The position numbers and the translations under genes are program-made. DNA of 64,000 nt from Cytophagales bacterium. Its GTDB lineage: Bacteria > Bacteroidota > Bacteroidia > Cytophagales > JAAEPT01. Positions 55,559 through 64,000 of the stretch are shown one piece after another. Below the pieces are notes generated by a model. The model saw only the letters and a program-made list of their open reading frames with translations, made no database searches and was not told where the DNA came from. The first letter of the stretch is position 1; the number at the start of each line of letters is the position of its first letter. The stretch lies in NCBI GenBank assembly GCA_965267335.1, contig OZ253953.1, positions 1,670,486-1,734,485 of the forward strand, given 5' to 3'.

Positions 55559-55999
55559 ATGAATGAATCCCAACCAGTCAGTGGAATAAAGAAACTAGTT
55601 TTTGTCATTATTGCAGGAATTCTGGCAGTTCATGCCGCTACGCTATTTTGGGGGTTGATGACCCATTGGACAAAAGTCAATCTTGTTTTTCTGGATCTTA
55701 TAGTCGGCATAACGGTTGGGTTGTTTGTTCGAATGGCTGCAACAAGCCCCAAGCCAAAATATGCCATTGTAGCGGTTTTGATCTCACTGTGGGGGTCGTT
55801 TCTCGGCTATATGTTCAATACCATTATTTTCGCGGCAGATTATATGCATCATGGATATTGGTACACGTTTAAAGTAATTGGCTTTAGCCATACCTTAGAT
55901 ATAATGGTTCACCAGATTAGTATCCTGGACGTAATATTTATTGTCGCATCAGCTGTTTGTGCTGCGGTACTGGCCGTTGTTAAAAAGACATCCAAATGA
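55559..55999 (+). CDS. Hypothetical membrane protein (4 TM)
   Basis: 146 aa with four hydrophobic helices. 4-nt overlap with the downstream DUF3109 gene. Confidence 0.55.
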   Translation: MNESQPVSGIKKLVFVIIAGILAVHAATLFWGLMTHWTKVNLVFLDLIVGITVGLFVRMAATSPKPKYAIVAVLISLWGSFLGYMFNTIIFAADYMHHGYWYTFKVIGFSHTLDIMVHQISILDVIFIVASAVCAAVLAVVKKTSK

Positions 56000-56562
56000 T
56001 AGAGGTAGGCAAAGTTCTGGTAAGTGATGATGTGATCAGCAAACGTTTCGTTTGTGACCTGAGCAAGTGTAAGGGAGCTTGTTGCGTGGAAGGGGACCTT
56101 GGGGCTCCGGTAGATGAGGATGAAATTGAAAAATTAGAGGATGTATATGATGAGGTAGCACCGTATCTAACCGAAGAAGGACGTAAGGTCGTTGAGAAAG
56201 AAGGTGTGGTAGTCAATGATTGGGAAGGAGAGTTTTCTACACCGACTATCAACGGAAGGGAATGTGTATACGCGATTTATGATAATGAAGGGATTCTGAA
56301 ATGCGGAATTGAACAGGCCTATCTTGATGGAAAGATTAACTGGCGTAAACCTATAAGTTGTTACCTATATCCGATAAGAATCACTAAACTACAGAACGTT
56401 GATGCATTGAATTACGATGTTTGGAGCATATGTGCCCCTGCTTGTGATTTGGGTGAGTCACTAAAAGTAGAAGTGTACAAATTTTTGAAAGAGCCACTTA
56501 TCAAGAAGTATGGTGAAGAGTGGTATCGGGAGTTGGAATTGAAAATTGAAAGTAATGAGTAA
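55996..56562 (+). CDS. DUF3109-family Cys-rich protein
   Basis: VLVSDDVISKRFVCDLSKCKGACCVEGDLGAP is the characteristic DUF3109 N-terminus as I recall it. Confidence 0.75.
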   Translation: MIEVGKVLVSDDVISKRFVCDLSKCKGACCVEGDLGAPVDEDEIEKLEDVYDEVAPYLTEEGRKVVEKEGVVVNDWEGEFSTPTINGRECVYAIYDNEGILKCGIEQAYLDGKINWRKPISCYLYPIRITKLQNVDALNYDVWSICAPACDLGESLKVEVYKFLKEPLIKKYGEEWYRELELKIESNE

Positions 56563-56670
56563 AGTCTTATTATACCTCTTATTTAATTTGGAACACTATT
56601 TGTGGTTTCTATCATAAATTGTAAAAACACCGTCTTTTACTTAATTTGTAACATCACATCTTATACTATC

Positions 56671-57081
56671 ATGATAAAAAGACTCTTAACCCTCGTACTG
56701 TTACTTTCCAGTTTTGCCTGTTTTTCTCAGGATTTAAAGGTCACGTTGAAAGCCAACGGGAAAGAAATTGATCTGGATATCGGAATTCCATACAATACTC
56801 AATCATTGAACTTGTCCTTTGAAGGGGAAGATAGCTGTGTCTATCGTGCCGGTGAATGGACAGTTCGTTTAACTGGTGCAGGCCAAACCAGAGATGATAA
56901 GACCTTTAAAATGACGAATAGAGGCTCTATTGCTTCATTTGTTCGTCAGTCAAAACCTGGGTATGAGTTAACTGTAGATATCAAATCCGTCTACAAGAAA
57001 AGGCTTAACTCCTCAGAACCACCGGTCAAAGTTAAAATTCCTGAGTTTCTTTATAAGATAAAATTGACTGAGGCTAACTAA
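56671..57081 (+). CDS. Hypothetical secreted protein
   Basis: ATG 56671 gives the signal peptide MIKRLLTLVLLLSSFACFSQ. The ORF-track start 56602 is probably too far upstream. Confidence 0.5.
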   Translation: MIKRLLTLVLLLSSFACFSQDLKVTLKANGKEIDLDIGIPYNTQSLNLSFEGEDSCVYRAGEWTVRLTGAGQTRDDKTFKMTNRGSIASFVRQSKPGYELTVDIKSVYKKRLNSSEPPVKVKIPEFLYKIKLTEAN

Positions 57082-57094
57082 GGAAGCTCTCTTT

Positions 57095-58276
57095 TTAATT
57101 ATCTGCGATCCGTATTTTGCGGGCAATTGGAATGGATAATAGACTAAATCCGATAGCCACATATCCCACTATTTCATAGTTAATTACAGCCTGTTCGGAA
57201 GTATTTAATAGAATCAATCCTCCAATAACCGGAGAAAGAAATGAAGCAAGCTGCCTAATAGCCACATTGATGCTCATAAAACTTCCCCGGTGGCGAGCAT
57301 TGGCAGCAGAAGTAGCCATCGCGGTTGCAGGAATCATACGACCACCAATGAATATGAAGAAGACAGTGGTCCAGGTCACAACCACCCAGCTCGAACCTGT
57401 TTGGAGGTTCGTTATGGCGAAAATTGGTACGCAAGACAGGATTAGAAAGACAAGGAAGATTTTAAATCGTCCGTATTTATCTGCGAGCCTACCTATCAAG
57501 GGGCTGGTAATGACAGATAATACTCCTCCTATAAGATAGATATAAGTGATGTTCTCTTTTGGGTACCCCAGATTGTATACGAAATATTGGTTGATAGTGG
57601 GGATCATGGTGAACTGTCCAAGAATTAGCAGAGCAGTCAGGCAAAGAGCATAAATTTGGTTTTTACTGGCGAACGGACTTAGGTACACTTCACGTAAACT
57701 GAGCCTATTCTCAGAAATTCGACCGATATTCGGAACGGCTGCGATAATAAGAATTAAAATTAGTCCTGAGAACGCGGCTAGCCCCAAAAAGGGAATTTGC
57801 CAAACGAATTCATTGGCAAGAAAGAAGCCCAGTGGAACACCTAGTGCAGCAGCTACGGAGAATCCCATCATCACGATACCAACACCTTTTCCTCTGCGTT
57901 CATTAGGAACGACTTTACCAACGATCGATAAAATTAACGCCCCAAGTATACCTCCAAACATACCCGCAAGTGCTCTTGAAAGCATAAACATAAAATAGCT
58001 GTCTACAAGCCCACAAAGCAGAGTGCCAACTAAAAAGCCGGAATAGGACAGAACAAGAGCTCTTTTCAAGTTAAGCGTATTGATGTATCGCGCAGCTATT
58101 AGACTGGAAAGAAAGGCTAGTAATGAGTAGGAGGCCACAACTAGGTTAAAATCCATACTGTTGATCCCCCATTCATCAATCAAAATTGGACTCATGGGCA
58201 TCAGGATCATGAAGTCTACCACATGGGTAAACTGAACAGTCGCCAATAAAAGGAGAATTAATGTCTCTTTCTTCAA
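57095..58276 (-). CDS. MFS transporter
   Basis: 393 aa with 12 predicted TM helices. The loop 2-3 motif (GKVVPNERRGKG) and its repeat in the second half (GRLADKYGR) match the MFS motif A pattern. Confidence 0.85.
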   Translation of the reverse strand: MKKETLILLLLATVQFTHVVDFMILMPMSPILIDEWGINSMDFNLVVASYSLLAFLSSLIAARYINTLNLKRALVLSYSGFLVGTLLCGLVDSYFMFMLSRALAGMFGGILGALILSIVGKVVPNERRGKGVGIVMMGFSVAAALGVPLGFFLANEFVWQIPFLGLAAFSGLILILIIAAVPNIGRISENRLSLREVYLSPFASKNQIYALCLTALLILGQFTMIPTINQYFVYNLGYPKENITYIYLIGGVLSVITSPLIGRLADKYGRFKIFLVFLILSCVPIFAITNLQTGSSWVVVTWTTVFFIFIGGRMIPATAMATSAANARHRGSFMSINVAIRQLASFLSPVIGGLILLNTSEQAVINYEIVGYVAIGFSLLSIPIARKIRIADN

Positions 58277-58281
58277 ATTCG

Positions 58282-58578
58282 TCAGTTCAAGCTAAAGCTT
58301 GGTATGTCAAAGATTGCTCTTTGGTTAAATAACAATTCACTGATCGAATACTCTATGTCTTCTAAAATTGGAAACGACTGAATAATATGTTCGGCTTCAT
58401 GAATGTCATTGGCTTCAAGAAGGACCCATAATTTACTTCTGTCAAGTGAAACAGCGTAGTTCGATATTTTTCCTTCATCCATAAGTTCATCAACTACTGA
58501 ACGCTGTTCCGGGATTTTATCCATAAATTTTTGTCCCTGATCAACTGGTAATTGGATGTCTGCCATAAATGCTTTCAT
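58282..58578 (-). CDS. Small alpha+beta protein, muconolactone-isomerase-like fold family (function unknown)
   Basis: 98 aa. IPEQRSVVDELMDEGKISNYAVSLDRSKLWVLLEA resembles the small Bacteroidota family annotated that way, from memory only. Confidence 0.4.
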   Translation of the reverse strand: MKAFMADIQLPVDQGQKFMDKIPEQRSVVDELMDEGKISNYAVSLDRSKLWVLLEANDIHEAEHIIQSFPILEDIEYSISELLFNQRAIFDIPSFSLN

Positions 58579-58675
58579 ACGCTTAAAAAATTAGTTATAG
58601 ATATAGACGTATTGTAATCATATTAGTTCAACAAAGTTTTGCACAACTAGGTTTTACTAATTGACGAATTCTTGC

Positions 58676-59296
58676 CTAGAATATTTTGGATTGAATCAAT
58701 ACATCTTTGAACTCACTCAAAATCATAGCTGTAGCGCCCCATACCACCTGTCCGTTAAGGTGAAAATAAGGAGCCTTAATTTTTAGCTGACCATCACCTA
58801 TAGGGAATGAAGTTTCCTGCACATTGGCCTCATTAATGATGTCCCTTAGGCGTATAGAAAATACTTCGGCCACTTCCCGTTCATCAGGGATGTATTGAGG
58901 TGGTTCTGATATATAGCCGACATATGGCTGTACCAGGAACTTACTGGGGGGGATGAATATCTCAGAAAGTTCAGTAATGACCTTTATCCCAGTGACTCCA
59001 ATTTCTTCTTCAGTTTCCCTTAGAGCTGTAAACTCCAGATTGGGATCGGAGAGCTCTTTTTTTCCACCAGGAAGACTAATTTGAGCGCTGTGAACACCTT
59101 TGTAGGTATTACGAAGTATAAGGGTCGTGTGAGGTTCACTACGTTCTTCCCAAAGCAAAAGCATAACGGCACTGTACCTGATGTTTTCATCAGTTGGATT
59201 AATCTTTCGACCGGCAGGAGCCATTTTTAGCTGAGCTTTGACTCCTGGTAGGCTGGATACATCTAATTGTTCGAGATGACTGATAAGCTTCTTCAC
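58676..59296 (-). CDS. NUDIX hydrolase, CoA pyrophosphatase-like
   Basis: Nudix box GGKKELSDPNLEFTALRETEEEIGV, preceded by LILRNTYKGVHSAQISLPGG (the CoA-pyrophosphatase UPF0035-type motif). GTG start. Confidence 0.85.
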   Translation of the reverse strand: MKKLISHLEQLDVSSLPGVKAQLKMAPAGRKINPTDENIRYSAVMLLLWEERSEPHTTLILRNTYKGVHSAQISLPGGKKELSDPNLEFTALRETEEEIGVTGIKVITELSEIFIPPSKFLVQPYVGYISEPPQYIPDEREVAEVFSIRLRDIINEANVQETSFPIGDGQLKIKAPYFHLNGQVVWGATAMILSEFKDVLIQSKIF

Positions 59297-59584
59297 AGGA
59301 TAAATCTAATGACAACGAAAGTTAAAACGCTGAGTTAAAGAATATTGTTTCCAAAAGACAGATTTGGCGACTTTTTACAGGCAATAACACGTTATTTAAA
59401 ATGATTCTAAATTATAAATAATTGCTTCATTTTAATTTTGTAATACTCTGTATTTCAGCGTGTTGATTATATACTATTTAGTCCTGTTTCGATTTTAGTA
59501 ACCTAGGCATAAATACTAGTTTGATTAAATCGATTCCAATATTAGATTTGTGTCCGACTTATAGAGCACGACTAAGTTTCGAAA

Positions 59585-61021
59585 ATGAGAAATTACTTTG
59601 TGATTAGACCGGAATCCGTACCCTTCTTGAGGTTCCTAGCGATATTAACACTATCCATATTTTCTATTTCCAATCCACTATATGCACAGGATGACTCATC
59701 AGGCACCAAGGTTGAAGCTAAGCTTTACCCAACAGATGCTGAGTCTATTAGTGCAGGTAGAGCGCTTTTTTCTACAAAATGTGCTTCTTGTCATAACCCG
59801 GTATTTTCAGAGCAGGACCCGACTTATCCTTCTCTTGCAGGTGTTATTGACAGGGCCGGAGGTAAAGGAACAGAAGAGGAAAGAATTGCCTGGCTTAAAA
59901 AATGGATTCCCAATGCCGGTGCAATGATCGGTTCTGATCCTTATGCAAAAGATTTATTTGCTCAATATGGTGTCGCAATGACCAACTTTACTGATCTTAC
60001 TGAAGATCAGGTTAATAGCCTAATTGCTTACATAGCTGATGGAGGTGATCCAAAGCCTGCAGCAGCCGGTGGAGGAGGAGGACAGGTTGTTGTTCAGCAA
60101 TCAGATGATAGCAGTCTTGTAATGATATTAGGTATTGTCCTTGTTGCCCTCGTGCTTATTATAGGTGTACTTGTACTGCTTACTACTCACCTTCAGAAGT
60201 CACTTAGAGACAAAGAGGGATTAACGGATGCTGATAAGGCGATCGTTACTCAGAAGCATGATGTAATGAAAGTACTTAAGCACCCTGCTTTTTATGGAAC
60301 GGTGATCGCTCTATTACTTGCAGGTGGTCTTGTTACGCTAGTTCAGAAAGGGCTTTATGGTGTGGGAGTTCAATCGGGTTATGCACCGGCTCAACCAATT
60401 CCATTTTCTCACAAAATACACGCTGGTCAGGATAGTATTGACTGTAACTATTGCCACACTGGCGTAAGAAAAAGTAAGCATGCCAACATTCCTTCTCCTA
60501 ACATATGTATGACTTGTCATACAAAAATCAAGACAGATAGTAAGTGGATTCAGGAATTGCATTCATATGTAGGCTATGATGCCAAAACAAAGACTTATGA
60601 TGTGTCTAAGCAAAGACCTATTCAGTGGACAAGGGTACATAACCTGCCAGATTTAGCATATTTCAATCACTCGCAGCACGTTAAAGTTGCAGGTTTGGAG
60701 TGTCAGCAATGTCATGGACCGGTTGAAGAAATGGATGTAATGTACCAGTATTCCACCCTTACGATGGGATGGTGCATTGATTGTCACAGAAATACTCCTC
60801 TGAATCTGGACGCTCCGGACAACGAAAACGGATATTACACTCAGGAGCTTGTTGAGGAACTTCTGGAATTCCGTAAGAAAGAAAATAGTGAGTATGCCAT
60901 GGAGAATGCCCGAAAGGCAATTGAAGAAGGAGCACCGTTCCATGAAGTGTACGAAGGACTCAAAGATCCTTTGACTGTTGAGGACATCGGTGGTATGGAA
61001 TGTAGCAAATGCCACTATTAA
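59585..61021 (+). CDS. actA: Alternative complex III subunit ActA, multihaem cytochrome c (six CxxCH sites)
   Basis: Signal peptide, then CASCH (N-terminal class-I-like c domain), a Gly-rich linker and a TM helix, then CNYCH, CMTCH, CQQCH, CIDCH and CSKCH. It sits directly upstream of actB. Confidence 0.85.
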   Translation: MRNYFVIRPESVPFLRFLAILTLSIFSISNPLYAQDDSSGTKVEAKLYPTDAESISAGRALFSTKCASCHNPVFSEQDPTYPSLAGVIDRAGGKGTEEERIAWLKKWIPNAGAMIGSDPYAKDLFAQYGVAMTNFTDLTEDQVNSLIAYIADGGDPKPAAAGGGGGQVVVQQSDDSSLVMILGIVLVALVLIIGVLVLLTTHLQKSLRDKEGLTDADKAIVTQKHDVMKVLKHPAFYGTVIALLLAGGLVTLVQKGLYGVGVQSGYAPAQPIPFSHKIHAGQDSIDCNYCHTGVRKSKHANIPSPNICMTCHTKIKTDSKWIQELHSYVGYDAKTKTYDVSKQRPIQWTRVHNLPDLAYFNHSQHVKVAGLECQQCHGPVEEMDVMYQYSTLTMGWCIDCHRNTPLNLDAPDNENGYYTQELVEELLEFRKKENSEYAMENARKAIEEGAPFHEVYEGLKDPLTVEDIGGMECSKCHY

Positions 61022-61048
61022 AAAATTGATCTTAGTTAATCTTCACTT

Positions 61049-64000
61049 ATGAAAGAAACTACTAAATATTGGAAAGGACTGGACGAACTCAATGAAACAC
61101 CTGAGTTCAAGGAAAAAGCTGAAAATGAATTTCCTGAATTCCTTCCCATAGAGGAACGAAAGAGTACAAAGTCAGGGGATGAAGACGATTCTGGTCGTAG
61201 GGACTTCCTAAAACTGATGGGATTTAGCGTGGCTGCGGTTTCGTTAGCAGCTTGTGAAACTCCGGTTAAGAAAGCGATTCCTTATGTGAATAAGCCTGAA
61301 ACCGTAGACCCTGGTGTTCCTAACTATTATGCTTCCACTTACATGAGCGGAGGTGATTATGCCAGTATTGTAGTTAAGAACAGAGAAGGTCGACCAATAA
61401 AGATTGAACCTAACAGACTCTCTTCTATCACTGGAGCGGGTCTAGGTGCTCGTGTTACAGCATCTGTACTGGATTTGTATGATGACTCTAGACTGAAAAG
61501 CTTCAAAAAAGGCAAAAACGACATTTCGATTAAGGATGCGGATGCAGAAATTAAGAAAGGGTTAAAGGATGCGAAGACCATTCGAATTATTTCTCCAACA
61601 ATAACTGGCCCTACTACACTTAGTCTGATCGAAGATTTTAAGAAGAAGTATGCCGGAGCTGATGTACAGCACATCCAGTTTGATCCTATATCTTATAAAG
61701 GTATTTCTGAAGCAAATGGAGGAAAAATTCCTTCGTACGACTTTAGTAAAGCAGACGTAATCGTTTCTACGGCTGATTTTCATGGTACATGGATATCTCC
61801 AATTGAATTCTCAGGTCAATATGGAGAAACAAGAAAATTAAGAAGAGGCAAGAACGAGAAAAAAACAATGTCTCGTCACTATCAGTTTGAGTCAACTTTG
61901 ACACTTACTGGAGCAACTGCCGATTACAGAACGCCAATTAAGGCCTCAGAAGAGCCACTTGTTATCCTTGAGCTTTACAATAAAGTAGTTGGAGGTAACT
62001 ACAGTACAAAGGGCTTGAGCGAATCAGCGAAAAAAGCAATTGCAAAGGCAGCTAAAGAACTAAAAGCAGCTAAAGGTAAGTCTCTGGTTGTTTCTGGCTC
62101 TAACGATACTAAAGTACAGCTATTCGTAGCAGCTATTAACGAAAAACTAGGAAACGTTGGCAAGACCGTTGATTTAGAAAATGCAACTCTTGTAAAAGCG
62201 AGTGGTGATGAAGCTAAACTAGGTAAGTTTGTTAAAGATGCCCTAGATAAAAAGATTGATGCGGTTATTCTCCTCAACTCTAATCTTTTCTATCAGTACT
62301 TTGGTTGTGATCCATCATGGTATAAGAAATACGGTAACTCGGAGGAGCACAAGGAAAAAATATTTGCAGACATCAAAACTAAGGTAGCAATTACCGATAG
62401 AGCTGATGAAACTGCTTCTCAAGACGGATTCTATATTGCAACCAACCAACATTGGCTTGAGAAATGGGGCGATGCCCAGCCAAAAGAAGGATACTTTAGC
62501 ATAGGCCAACCTACCATTAATCCTATTTTCAAAGGAACAAGAGCTGCAGAAGAGAGTCTGATGGCTTGGGCAGGTATCAGTGGCACATTCTATGATTACT
62601 TGAAAGCGTATTGGGAGAAAAACTTGTTCCCTTTACAATCACAAGAAATTCTGTTTGAATCCTTTTGGAATAAGACGCTAAGGTCTGGTGTTTTTGAGCC
62701 AGGTAAAAAGCTGAATGTGACTCCTGCTGTTGTTGAAAATCAAATTGCAGCAGACAGTACCAGTCAGGAGACAACACCTGCTGTTGTAGCAGAAGAAGAT
62801 GCCCTACTGGAAGCTGAGTCTTCTGACAATACGGTGAGTTTATCAGAAGCAGCACGTAAAATAAAAGAACAATACAAACCTGCTCCTAAAGGTCAATTGG
62901 AATTCGTTGCATACGAATCAACTCAAATGGGAGACGGAGCGGGTGCAAATAACCCTTGGTTACAAGAGCTACCAGATCCGATTTCTAAAGTTACCTGGGA
63001 CAACTACGTTGCCATATCTGCCTATGACGCAGAGACCAATTTTGGTAAACAACCAAGAGACCCAAAAAATCCTGCTCTTAAACAAGGTGATATCGTTAAG
63101 ATTGTCGCTCCAAACTTAATCAAGATAGAGGCTCCGGTTCTAATTCAGCCTGGTCAGGCTCCCGGAACGGTTTCTATGGCGCTTGGTTATGGACGTGATA
63201 AGGCAGGTAAACTTGCTTCCGGAATCGAAAAAAGATTTACAGGAAAAGAAGCAATTGGAATTTCAGCCTTCCCTTTTGTAAGAATTGTAGACGGTAACCT
63301 TTGTTACTATTCCAATGTGACAATTGAGAAAGCTTCTGGTTCCTATGAGTTTGCTCAAACTCAAACTCATCACACCATAATGGGGCGTGATATTATCCAG
63401 GGAGCTTATCTTTCGGATTATAAAGAAGGTAATACTGGAAAGGTTGAAAAATTACTTGAAACCTATGCCGGCAAGAAAAAGCCTGAGGACATTGACCTTT
63501 GGGCACCTCAGAACGAGGACACGCACAAACACCCAATCCATAAGTGGGGACTTTCTATAGACTTAAATTCATGTTTTGGATGTGGTTCATGCCACATTGC
63601 ATGTCAGTCGGAGAACAATATTCCTGTAGTAGGTAAAGACGAAGTCAGAAGAAGAAGAGATATGCACTGGTTGCGTATCGACCGGTATTATAGCTCTGAC
63701 ATGAGTCTGGAAAAGGGAGAGAAGGAAGGAAAAGGTAAAATCGGTGCACTCGCTGAGATGGAAAATCCTGCGGATAACCCGAAAGTGACCTTTATGCCTA
63801 TGATGTGTCAGCATTGTGCACACGCTCCATGCGAGAGTGTATGTCCAGTTGCTGCAACTTCACACTCTACCGAGGGGTTAAATCAAATGGCATACAACAG
63901 ATGTATTGGTACTAGGTATTGTGCCAACAACTGTCCTTATAAAGTAAGAAGATTCAACTGGTTCAACTATTCAGATAAACCATGGTCGGAGCGGGAGTTC
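61049..64000 (+). CDS. actB: Alternative complex III subunit ActB (Tat-exported molybdopterin-oxidoreductase-like plus 4Fe-4S ferredoxin-like fusion), 3' end beyond the window
   Basis: It is absent from the ORF track because the frame has no stop: I translated several stretches (61049-61410, 62282-63060, 63542-63700) and found none, and the frame reaches 64000 as 984 whole codons. It reads MKETTKYWKGLDELNETPEFKEKAENEFPEF...SGRRDFLKLMGFSVAAVSLAACE (twin-arginine signal) and later CFGCGSCHIACQSENNIP and CQHCAHAPCESVCPVAAT...CIGTRYCANNCPYKVRRFNW (Fe-S clusters). Confidence 0.9.
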   Translation, partial: MKETTKYWKGLDELNETPEFKEKAENEFPEFLPIEERKSTKSGDEDDSGRRDFLKLMGFSVAAVSLAACETPVKKAIPYVNKPETVDPGVPNYYASTYMSGGDYASIVVKNREGRPIKIEPNRLSSITGAGLGARVTASVLDLYDDSRLKSFKKGKNDISIKDADAEIKKGLKDAKTIRIISPTITGPTTLSLIEDFKKKYAGADVQHIQFDPISYKGISEANGGKIPSYDFSKADVIVSTADFHGTWISPIEFSGQYGETRKLRRGKNEKKTMSRHYQFESTLTLTGATADYRTPIKASEEPLVILELYNKVVGGNYSTKGLSESAKKAIAKAAKELKAAKGKSLVVSGSNDTKVQLFVAAINEKLGNVGKTVDLENATLVKASGDEAKLGKFVKDALDKKIDAVILLNSNLFYQYFGCDPSWYKKYGNSEEHKEKIFADIKTKVAITDRADETASQDGFYIATNQHWLEKWGDAQPKEGYFSIGQPTINPIFKGTRAAEESLMAWAGISGTFYDYLKAYWEKNLFPLQSQEILFESFWNKTLRSGVFEPGKKLNVTPAVVENQIAADSTSQETTPAVVAEEDALLEAESSDNTVSLSEAARKIKEQYKPAPKGQLEFVAYESTQMGDGAGANNPWLQELPDPISKVTWDNYVAISAYDAETNFGKQPRDPKNPALKQGDIVKIVAPNLIKIEAPVLIQPGQAPGTVSMALGYGRDKAGKLASGIEKRFTGKEAIGISAFPFVRIVDGNLCYYSNVTIEKASGSYEFAQTQTHHTIMGRDIIQGAYLSDYKEGNTGKVEKLLETYAGKKKPEDIDLWAPQNEDTHKHPIHKWGLSIDLNSCFGCGSCHIACQSENNIPVVGKDEVRRRRDMHWLRIDRYYSSDMSLEKGEKEGKGKIGALAEMENPADNPKVTFMPMMCQHCAHAPCESVCPVAATSHSTEGLNQMAYNRCIGTRYCANNCPYKVRRFNWFNYSDKPWSEREF

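Overview
This 64-kb chromosomal segment reads as a Bacteroidota (Cytophagia/Flavobacteriia-like) genome. Supporting signs are T9SS C-terminal sorting domains, alternative complex III genes, many TTG/GTG starts, lipoprotein-rich glycan loci and a mostly tight gene arrangement. I recognised no rRNA, tRNA, CRISPR array, transposase or phage gene. All calls come from reading the supplied ORF translations and the DNA by eye; no BLAST or HMM search was run, so family names are motif-based. Gene content in order: (1) exopolysaccharide genes at 1-4548 (flippase, GT4, NodB-type deacetylase, processive GT2); (2) a T9SS-secreted GH9 endoglucanase; (3) galT-galK; (4) an ArnT-like glycosyltransferase; (5) a 1068-aa T9SS-secreted beta-helix repeat protein; (6) ppnP and a dipeptide epimerase; (7) a ~15-kb signalling island at 18614-33583; (8) a GH16 beta-glucanase cluster with two beta-barrel outer-membrane proteins and no SusC/SusD (33642-40421); (9) housekeeping genes (OmpA-family protein, saccharopine dehydrogenase, rnhA, serC-like, aroQ, xerD, dnaE, MFS, NUDIX); (10) the start of an alternative complex III operon (actA, and actB running off the window end). 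The best candidate for an undescribed system is the signalling island. It is a tightly packed ten-gene minus-strand unit with a divergent paralogue. It combines a CheR methyltransferase and a receiver-less CheB methylesterase with chemoreceptor-like sensor-HAMP-GAF-coiled-coil proteins that carry EExxA(T)-type motifs. These sit next to a SiaA/SiaB/SiaC-like PP2C phosphatase / kinase / phosphoprotein partner switch and an ABCG-type exporter with a long N-terminal extension. No CheA, CheW, CheY, MCP signalling domain or diguanylate cyclase is present in the window.
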